From positions 1-50,941 of the forward strand of contig CAZHOS010000003.1 of the NCBI GenBank assembly GCA_964534605.1: a stretch of DNA of 50,941 bases, written 5' to 3'. The translations under genes and the position numbers were made by a program. Shown in pieces: positions 44,305 to 50,941 of this stretch. The notes under the pieces were generated by a model. That model had not been told where the DNA came from, ran no database searches, and saw only the letters and a program-made list of their open reading frames with translations. The number at the start of each line of letters is the position of its first letter. Position 1 is the first letter of the stretch. This DNA is from an uncultured Candidatus Saccharibacteria bacterium (GTDB lineage Bacteria > Patescibacteriota > Saccharimonadia > Saccharimonadales > VXPC01).

Positions 44305-44599
44305 AGACGGAGATTAAACTTGCTATGTTTATTTTTTACTGCTACTATTTTTGCAGCACAGGGAAAAATAAAAAATCATAAGCGAAACAGCAATAGCTGT
44401 TAGCTAACGATATCTGTAATAAAAGCAGAAACCTCAATCACATTCGCACCAAAAATTAATAATTCGAGGGAAAACCGGTGTTTTATGTCCACGCACAGGA
44501 TCTTAATAATAAAAAGAGAAACTACATAAGATATGTAGTTTGTTCACATTTTGCTAATAGTAGCGTGGACATAAATAAAAACTCAGATAGGGTCAGATA

Positions 44600-47500
44600 A
44601 TGAAAAAAAGTATTTTAGGTGGACGGCTGTATCAAACAGCTAAAGAGTCTACATTCTCAAAACTAACGAAATCAAAGAGAATGCTTGCTAGCCTTACGGC
44701 AATACCGTTAGCTGCCGGTCTTATAGTTACCTTGAGTAACACCTCGGCGGCACCGACTGGCAGTATAACTCAGTTTCCAGCTGATCTACCCTCTGCGGCC
44801 ACGACTGAGATTGTTGGTCTTGTTTTTCGTGACTTCAATGCGAACGGAGTAAAAGAAACTCAAGAACCAGGAATCAGCGGATTCGGCACAGCTAATCAAC
44901 TAACCGCAACTGCGTATGACGACACAAATGCCGCCGTGTCTGTTGCTACAACAGATGCTGATGGAATCTTCACGCTTACAGGACTCAGCGCTGCAACTGA
45001 CTACCGAGTTGAGATAAGCGGTCTACCATCCCATCTACAGGCAGGTGCTTCAACCTCTGGTGGTGCAGAATCTCTGACCACTTTCTCAACTGCGGGTGAT
45101 AACGATATCCTTATCGGGGTTAATGCGCCAGGCGACTTTTGTCAGAGTGTAGATCAGGTGCATCTTGGGACAAGCTGTTTCTTGAATGGGGACGCAGTCG
45201 ATCCAACAACTGGTACAGCTGCTGGTGATACATTTGTATCCTTTGACTACAATTTCACTGCTGGCTCAACAGTTAATGTTGAGGCAACAGGTCTCGACAC
45301 AGGTGCTACATACGGTGTTGCGTATGACCCCGCACGTGATACTTGGTACTCATCTGCATACGTTAAGCGTCATGCAGGATTTGGATCTGCTGGAATTGGC
45401 GGGATCTATGAGATCGATAGTACTTCAAACACAACCCTCCTTCACGATAACAATAATTTAACAGAGATAGTACGGCCTGACCTTGGAGACACTGGTGACC
45501 CTAGTAGAGACACAGAGGCTTTCGCAGCTGTCGGTACTATGGGTCTCGGTGATTTAGAGTTTGATCCTATAAGTAGGAATCTTTACTCCGTTAACCTCGA
45601 GCAGAAACAGATTGATATCTATAACGTTGATACCGCTGGTAATGTTACTGTACAAGCACCTTTTGCCATACCAGATCCTGGATGTAGTGGTGGAGAGCAC
45701 AGACCATTTGCTCTAAATATCCATGACGGAGATGTTTTCTATAGTGTTACTTGTGATGCTTCAACTTCACAGAATGCAGCCGACCTACATGGCTATATCG
45801 CCGGTATTACCACCGGAGTAATCGAGGACTTCGCACTAGACTACGATCACTTCTGTAGTATTGAAAACAGTATATCTGCGGGTACTGCTTGCAATGAAAA
45901 TCCAGCTGAAGATCGACAATATGATCCATGGAATGACGACATTAGTACTTGGAACTTCTGGTTCCCTGGATTTGACCCAGATGGTGCTAGGCCGCTTGCT
46001 GCCTTTCCATTAGTATCGGACATCGAGTTTGATAATGATGAATCGCTCATTATAGCAATTAGAGATCTTATGGCTGATAAGATAGGAGAGGATAACCTTC
46101 TTCCTACAGCAGCAGATGAGGCTTTCATTGCACCAGCGAACTTGGTAACCGGAATGGCTGGAGGAGATCTTCTTAGGAGCTGCTTTAATTCAACTACAGG
46201 AATATACGAGATAGAAGGAACAAGCGCTGACCCTAACTGTCAACAAAGTTTGGCTGGGGACAACACGCTCTTTGCCGAATACTATACTGGTGAGCACTAT
46301 GATAATCCTATAGGTTTTGATTTCCACCAAGAGACCTCACTGGGTTCCACAGCCTTCGTTAGAGGTCAAGAGGAAGTAGTCCTAAACTCAATTGACCCAT
46401 TTGGACCCGACACGGGCGGCACATTTAGGCTTAGCAACACAACTGGTGCTGCAGGAGATAAGATAGAGCTATACGGCAATACAACTCCTGGAGGATTCCA
46501 GAAGGCTAACGGTCTTGGTGACATTCACGCTGCTTGTCAGCTAGCTCCTGTAGAGATTGGTAATGTCCTCTGGATAGATACCGATAACGATGGTGTATAC
46601 GACCCATCAGAAGTACCGCTTCCTGGAACAACCGTTGAGCTCCTTGATAGTACAGGAGCAGTTGTTGCAACAGCCATTACAGACGCAAACGGAAATTACA
46701 TCTTTACCGGTCATAGCTATGACCATCCTGGAGCTTGGCAGAGTACATCAATTGACCCAGACACTGCTGATGAAGCAGGTATAGTTCCTGGCGGCGTACT
46801 GCCAAACAGCAACTACACAGTTAGAATAGACACAACTCAGTCTGCAATTGCAAATCCTAACTACGCACTAACAGTCGCTAATAACGGCTCAAACGACAGC
46901 CATGACTCGGATGGTGTAATGAATGGAAACTTCGCAGAAGTCGCTGTAACAACTGGTGGTCCTGGTGAAAACAACCACACGTTAGACTTTGGCTTTAGTA
47001 TGAATGCGCCACTAGCATCAGTAGGTGACTACGTCTGGATCGACGCTAACAGTGACGGTGTCCAAGACGCAGGCGAACTACCACTTGCTGGTGTAGACGT
47101 TAAGCTTGTAGACGCAGGTGGAGCAACACTTGACACAGACACAACAGACAGCCTAGGACTCTACCTCTTCGAGGACCTTCCATACGCAACCTACACCCTC
47201 ATGGTAGACACAGCTACACTACCTGCCGGTTACACACAGACCTTTGACAACCAAGCACCACTTGACCACATGAGTACCGTTACTCTAGATGGAACCAACG
47301 ATGCTGACCGTGCTCAAGACTTTGGGTATGTGCCAACCGCAGATGTCTCTGTAGTAAAGAATGTAAGCCAAGGGACCTATACGCTAGGTACTGCGGATAC
47401 AGTTACATACACAGTTGAGGTTACAAATAACGGCCCAGCGGATCTAACGGGGATCACATTTACGGACAACCAACCAGCAAACGTTGCATTTGCCTCATGG

Positions 47501-48541
47501 ACATGTGCCATCACAACAGCTACTTCAGGTACATACACAGAAAGCTGTAGCACTGCTTCTGGCAACGGTAACATAAGCGAAACACTAACACTTAATACAG
47601 GTGGAGCAGCAACGTTCACCATTACAGCTAACGTAGCCGCTGCCGCGACAGGAACTATTGTCAACACAGCCAACGTAGGCCTTCCAGCTGGAGTAGTGCA
47701 GACTGCTACAAACCTACAAGATGTAGACTCGGCTCAAATAACACCGACGACTCCTCCGCCACCGCCACTAGCATCAGTAGGTGACTACGTCTGGATCGAC
47801 GCTAACAGTGACGGTGTCCAAGACGCAGGCGAACTACCACTTGCTGGTGTAGACGTTAAGCTTGTAGACGCAGGTGGAGCAACACTTGACACAGACACAA
47901 CAGACAGCCTAGGACTCTACCTCTTCGAGGACCTTCCATACGCAACCTACACCCTCATGGTAGACACAGCTACACTACCTGCCGGTTACACACAGACCTT
48001 TGACAACCAAGCACCACTTGACCACATGAGTACCGTTACTCTAGATGGAACCAACGATGCTGACCGTGCTCAAGACTTTGGGTATAAGCAGACGGGCTCT
48101 ATATCCGGCACAGCTTGGGTGGATCCTAACGAGGACTTTACTCTAGATGGTAGCGAGTTTACCCTAGAAGGACTTACAGTGACGCTGTTTGACCAAGCAG
48201 GCGTAGCAGTCAACACTGCTGTAACTGACGCAGACGGTAACTATACCTTCCTAGGAGTTTGTGCTGGCGACTACACCATACAGATATCGCCTCCAGAAGG
48301 CTATGATCCATCAAACGATTTTGACGGTATCGGCAACTTGTTCGAGATACAGACTGTTACAGTGGTAGCAGGTGCAGCAACAACGGGACAGAACTTTACT
48401 TTTGTCCAGGATGAATCGACGCTTGCCCCGACGGGTCTAGATATCACAAAGACAGTTTACGTCGGTACGGTCTTGACAGTCGCTACGGCCTACATAGGCG
48501 TAAGTGGTCGCAAGTCGACACGGCGCAAATATAGCCTCTAG
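44600..48541 (+). CDS. giant cell-wall-anchored surface protein (LAPTG sorting signal, SdrD/Cna-B-type and DUF11-like repeats)
   Basis: 1313 aa with a signal-like N-terminus. Repeats GNVLWIDTDNDGVYD, 2x GDYVWIDANSDGVQD and GTAWVDPNEDFTLDG. DUF11-like segment VSVVKNVS...VEVTNNGPADLTGITFTD. It ends LAPTG + hydrophobic stretch + GRKSTRRKYSL. Confidence 0.85.
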   Translation: MKKSILGGRLYQTAKESTFSKLTKSKRMLASLTAIPLAAGLIVTLSNTSAAPTGSITQFPADLPSAATTEIVGLVFRDFNANGVKETQEPGISGFGTANQLTATAYDDTNAAVSVATTDADGIFTLTGLSAATDYRVEISGLPSHLQAGASTSGGAESLTTFSTAGDNDILIGVNAPGDFCQSVDQVHLGTSCFLNGDAVDPTTGTAAGDTFVSFDYNFTAGSTVNVEATGLDTGATYGVAYDPARDTWYSSAYVKRHAGFGSAGIGGIYEIDSTSNTTLLHDNNNLTEIVRPDLGDTGDPSRDTEAFAAVGTMGLGDLEFDPISRNLYSVNLEQKQIDIYNVDTAGNVTVQAPFAIPDPGCSGGEHRPFALNIHDGDVFYSVTCDASTSQNAADLHGYIAGITTGVIEDFALDYDHFCSIENSISAGTACNENPAEDRQYDPWNDDISTWNFWFPGFDPDGARPLAAFPLVSDIEFDNDESLIIAIRDLMADKIGEDNLLPTAADEAFIAPANLVTGMAGGDLLRSCFNSTTGIYEIEGTSADPNCQQSLAGDNTLFAEYYTGEHYDNPIGFDFHQETSLGSTAFVRGQEEVVLNSIDPFGPDTGGTFRLSNTTGAAGDKIELYGNTTPGGFQKANGLGDIHAACQLAPVEIGNVLWIDTDNDGVYDPSEVPLPGTTVELLDSTGAVVATAITDANGNYIFTGHSYDHPGAWQSTSIDPDTADEAGIVPGGVLPNSNYTVRIDTTQSAIANPNYALTVANNGSNDSHDSDGVMNGNFAEVAVTTGGPGENNHTLDFGFSMNAPLASVGDYVWIDANSDGVQDAGELPLAGVDVKLVDAGGATLDTDTTDSLGLYLFEDLPYATYTLMVDTATLPAGYTQTFDNQAPLDHMSTVTLDGTNDADRAQDFGYVPTADVSVVKNVSQGTYTLGTADTVTYTVEVTNNGPADLTGITFTDNQPANVAFASWTCAITTATSGTYTESCSTASGNGNISETLTLNTGGAATFTITANVAAAATGTIVNTANVGLPAGVVQTATNLQDVDSAQITPTTPPPPPLASVGDYVWIDANSDGVQDAGELPLAGVDVKLVDAGGATLDTDTTDSLGLYLFEDLPYATYTLMVDTATLPAGYTQTFDNQAPLDHMSTVTLDGTNDADRAQDFGYKQTGSISGTAWVDPNEDFTLDGSEFTLEGLTVTLFDQAGVAVNTAVTDADGNYTFLGVCAGDYTIQISPPEGYDPSNDFDGIGNLFEIQTVTVVAGAATTGQNFTFVQDESTLAPTGLDITKTVYVGTVLTVATAYIGVSGRKSTRRKYSL
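47008..47329 (+). repeat. 322-bp direct repeat, copy 1 (inside adhesin gene)
   Basis: Identical base-for-base, by my line-by-line comparison, to 47764-48085. Encodes one SdrD-type module. Confidence 0.9.
47764..48085 (+). repeat. 322-bp direct repeat, copy 2
   Basis: Offset 756 nt (252 codons, in frame) from copy 1. Confidence 0.9.
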
Positions 48542-48559
48542 AGGCTACACAGAGTGTCA

Positions 48560-48589
48560 AAATAGCGCCCACATTCATGGGCGCTATTT
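48560..48589 (+). terminator. hairpin after adhesin gene
   Basis: AAATAGCGCCCA / CATTCA / TGGGCGCTATTT, followed by a weak T-tract (TTTGTGT). Confidence 0.5.
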
Positions 48590-48610
48590 GTGTATATGGT
48601 TTTAGTAAAA

Positions 48611-48637
48611 TTGGCGCTCGTTTACTTCGAGTGCCAA
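48611..48637 (+). promoter_or_regulatory. CIRCE-like HrcA operator overlapping the hrcA promoter
   Basis: TTGGCGCTC-N9-GAGTGCCAA compared with the CIRCE consensus TTAGCACTC-N9-GAGTGCTAA. The -10 TAGAAT lies at 48644-48649. Confidence 0.7.
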
Positions 48638-48658
48638 TTTTGCTAGAATAAGGACAAG

Positions 48659-49369
48659 ATGACAGATAGACAGGCAAGTATTTTAGGAGCGATTATAGAG
48701 GAGCATGCCGAGCTGGCTGCTCCGGTAGGCAGCGTTACGTTAGCCAAGCTGTTTAAAGTCAGCAGCGCCACTATACGATCAGAAATGGCTGCGCTAGAGC
48801 GCTCTGGCATGATAGAGCAGCCGCACACAAGTGCTGGGCGCGTACCAACAGACCAAGGCTACCGTTGGTATGTAAACAACCTGCAAGAGAGCAAAGAGCC
48901 CTACAAGTCAGTCGACAACACGAAGGCTCTGGATGTTCGTGTGCGAGGGGCCGGCGAGCCAACGCAGGCCATACGATCAGCCGTCGACAGCCTAGTACAG
49001 CTAACCCATAATGCTGCTATTGGCACGTTGGGATCCCAGCTTTATATCAGCGGGCTAGCCAACCTTTTTGGCCAGCCAGAGTTTAGCGGAACGAATGCTG
49101 TCAAAGAAGTTGCCTATTTGCTAGACAACATAGAGCCTTGGTTGCGCGAAGCTGCCCCCAACAAGCCGGTAAGTGTATTTATTGGTAAAGAAAACCCAAT
49201 CGGTAAGGCCAGCGGCTGCGCCCTAATCATCAGCAAATATCGCAGCCCCTTTAGCGACCGCAGCTATATTGGCACGGTTGGCCCCACCAGGCAGCACTAC
49301 AAACAGACGATGGGGCTGGTAGGATTCGCCGGAGAGATGTTAGAGAAGGAGTTATTTGCTAATGCCTAA
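48659..49369 (+). CDS. hrcA: heat-inducible transcription repressor HrcA (short form)
   Basis: N-terminal wHTH: RQASILGAIIEEHAELAAPVGSVTLAKLFKVSSATIRSEMAALERSGMIEQPHTSAGRVPTDQGYRWYV. 236 aa; grpE follows. Confidence 0.85.
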   Translation: MTDRQASILGAIIEEHAELAAPVGSVTLAKLFKVSSATIRSEMAALERSGMIEQPHTSAGRVPTDQGYRWYVNNLQESKEPYKSVDNTKALDVRVRGAGEPTQAIRSAVDSLVQLTHNAAIGTLGSQLYISGLANLFGQPEFSGTNAVKEVAYLLDNIEPWLREAAPNKPVSVFIGKENPIGKASGCALIISKYRSPFSDRSYIGTVGPTRQHYKQTMGLVGFAGEMLEKELFANA

Positions 49370-49820
49370 AAAGAAACCAACTATCAAGGATCTGGAAAAA
49401 CAAGTAGCTGATCTGACGGAAGCTTTGCAACGAGAACGTGCCGACGCCGAAAACGTCCGCCGACGCAGTGGAGAAGACATAGTAAATGCCATCATCCGTG
49501 GTAAAGAACAGGCAGTCGAGGGCCTGTTGCCGCTGTTGGATACACTTAGTTTGGCATTTGCTCATCCACCCAAAGATATTGCCGAGCACAAGTGGGTGAA
49601 GGGCGTTATGGGGCTAGACAAACAGCTGCAATCAATTATGCAAGAGTTTGGACTAGAGAAGATACCGACAAAAGATCAAGAGTTTGACCCCGAGCTCATG
49701 CAAGCAGTAGCAGCAGAAGGCGACGGAGATGCACAGACCGTTTCCGAAGAACTACAGCCCGGCTATAAACTGAACGGTAAGGTTGTGCGCGTTGCCATGG
49801 TGCGCGTTAAAAATGCCTGA
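49362..49820 (+). CDS. grpE: nucleotide exchange factor GrpE
   Basis: RERADAENVRRR, LLPLLDTLSLA and the C-terminal beta-domain VV..A.V.V. AAGGAG lies 10 nt before ATG 49362. The gene overlaps the hrcA stop. Confidence 0.85.
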   Translation: MPKKKPTIKDLEKQVADLTEALQRERADAENVRRRSGEDIVNAIIRGKEQAVEGLLPLLDTLSLAFAHPPKDIAEHKWVKGVMGLDKQLQSIMQEFGLEKIPTKDQEFDPELMQAVAAEGDGDAQTVSEELQPGYKLNGKVVRVAMVRVKNA

Positions 49821-50388
49821 AACAAAGGCTGCAGACAGGCTAGAAGGTGATTACTACAAAGAGGTTGTAGGGCCTGCCTTTAATCTTGCCATACTTGCCT
49901 TTAACAGAACCCTGGTATCTTGGAGCTCGATGAAAGAGGAGGATGCATTCTATGACCCTTTGCAGTCGGCTGTAACCGTCCAGAATATATTCCTAGATGT
50001 ATTAATTTCATCTCCTCGCGAAATTAATCGGCGGGAAAAAGAGATTAGGGATGAAAAGCTTCGACTGCTGACGTCAGTCTCAGGAAGCATAGCTCTATCG
50101 TCTTATCTTCTGTCTGATAGGGCCGGCAATAACGGTAGTGATTGGCACAGGGTTTATCATAGTGCGCACAGCCAATGGCGTTACTTCATGGGTGCGGACT
50201 ACTTACCTTTAATAGAGCGGGGTTTTGACGAGCAGACCGAGGAGTGCTATCAGGATGTTCGCGCAAATCTACATCTTCCAGAACAAGTGGCAGCAAGATT
50301 AGAATCAAGACAAAATGAGGTTGATTCCTTGGTTAGATTTGCAGGCGTAGTCTCTAGACCTAAACTTCTTGCTGCTGTATTGAGCTAG
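49813..50388 (+). CDS. hypothetical protein
   Basis: ATG 49813 overlaps the grpE stop (ATGCCTGA). 191 aa with no recognised motif. It sits where dnaK would normally follow grpE. Confidence 0.5.
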   Translation: MPETKAADRLEGDYYKEVVGPAFNLAILAFNRTLVSWSSMKEEDAFYDPLQSAVTVQNIFLDVLISSPREINRREKEIRDEKLRLLTSVSGSIALSSYLLSDRAGNNGSDWHRVYHSAHSQWRYFMGADYLPLIERGFDEQTEECYQDVRANLHLPEQVAARLESRQNEVDSLVRFAGVVSRPKLLAAVLS

Positions 50389-50430
50389 CCGCAGTCTGCT
50401 AATGCACGCACGGTATGATAAAGTATAAGC

Positions 50431-50649
50431 ATGTTAAAAAAATATATATCTAATAAATGGCTAGAGTTACTAGCAAGCCTGGCAATATTTGCGGTATTAC
50501 TAGTAGTGTTTGCCATGGCCTTCTCTGGGAATTGGGTGTTTGATCGGATTTATCTCTGGCAGCCCAACCTCCAAGCACTAATTACACTCATTGGCTTTAC
50601 GGCTTTTCCGTACTATGTACGCTATATCTTCAATACAATAAAAAGATAG
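50431..50649 (+). CDS. small hypothetical membrane protein
   Basis: 72 aa with two hydrophobic segments. Confidence 0.5.
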   Translation: MLKKYISNKWLELLASLAIFAVLLVVFAMAFSGNWVFDRIYLWQPNLQALITLIGFTAFPYYVRYIFNTIKR

Positions 50650-50674
50650 CAGTAGAACTACGGTCAGAAACACA

Positions 50675-50696
50675 GATTTAGCACTAGAGCACTAAA
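50675..50696. repeat. 22-nt direct repeat, copy 1 (GATTTAGCACTAGAGCACTAAA)
   Basis: Exact second copy at 50840-50861. A partial third match, CACTAGAGCA, lies at 50901-50910. Confidence 0.85.
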
Positions 50697-50702
50697 CCCA
50701 TC

Positions 50703-50835
50703 TATTGCCACGGCTCCTAGCGCCCCGCAGACCCTGTGAGCACATATTTTCCCTTACAACCCTTAGCTAGGGCTAGGTGTTGTAGGTAGAAATTGCACTA
50801 TCAGGGCCTGCGGAGCACAAATAGCCATAGCAATA
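50703..50835 (-). ncRNA. candidate structured RNA (133-nt extended hairpin) between the direct repeats
   Basis: - Arms 50703-50715 / 50823-50835 and 50725-50736 / 50802-50813 pair.
- All 3 mismatches are C-A on the plus strand, which means G-U on the minus strand.
- Inner stems are CCTTACAAC / GTTGTAGG and a CCTAGC-type apical hairpin. Confidence 0.35.
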
Positions 50836-50839
50836 CACG

Positions 50840-50861
50840 GATTTAGCACTAGAGCACTAAA
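50840..50861. repeat. 22-nt direct repeat, copy 2
   Basis: Identical to 50675-50696. Confidence 0.85.
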
Positions 50862-50941
50862 TACGCACCTTCTCACTACTCTTTGCCCCCCCAAAGACTC
50901 CACTAGAGCATATTCTTCTCACCAGAACCTAGCTATGGCTA

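Noticed and set aside
50675-50861. Possible CRISPR array or canonical CIRCE site, suggested by the repeated GATTTAGCACTAGAGCACTAAA
   Set aside because: Only two full copies are visible and they are 165 bp apart, far beyond CRISPR spacer length; no cas genes are present. The repeat contains TTAGCACT but its two halves are tandem, not inverted, and lack the 9-nt spacer. It is not a canonical HrcA operator.

Overview
About 51 kb of a compact, gene-dense bacterial chromosome. It uses the standard genetic code, has short spacers and many overlapping start/stop codons.

Housekeeping backbone: aspS, a murC-like ligase, dus, an ftsB-like gene, tilS, ftsH, murJ, lepA, hrcA-grpE and three tRNA(CAU) genes.

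Envelope and accessory content:
- Two giant paralogous LAxTG-sorted surface proteins (3261-7646 minus, 44600-48541 plus).
- A type IV pilus minor-pilin operon (11895-17136) that ends in a 1317-aa pilin-anchored multi-lectin protein.
- An extracytoplasmic thiol-disulfide module (26624-30247) plus a separate DsbA-like gene.
- A P-type ATPase with an odd Cys-rich ecto-loop.
- Many small membrane or secreted hypothetical proteins.

Sortase-type sorting signals, Com-like pseudopilins, short HrcA/GrpE/TilS versions and numerous orphan membrane proteins fit a small-genome organism with a Gram-positive-type envelope, for example Saccharibacteria/CPR. That placement is inference only.

The most unusual signal is non-coding. 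Each of the three tRNA genes is followed by a ghost copy of its own 3' half, broken exactly in the T-loop by a 64-85 nt insert. Two of the inserts are homologous to each other.

Other candidates:
- A triple-repeat leader with alternative pairing upstream of one tRNA.
- A repeat-flanked palindrome at the window end whose mismatches become G-U pairs only on the minus strand.
- A perfect 322-bp direct repeat inside one adhesin gene.
- A CIRCE-like operator at hrcA.

All family calls come from motif recognition by eye. No database search or folding program was run, and start codons are approximate.
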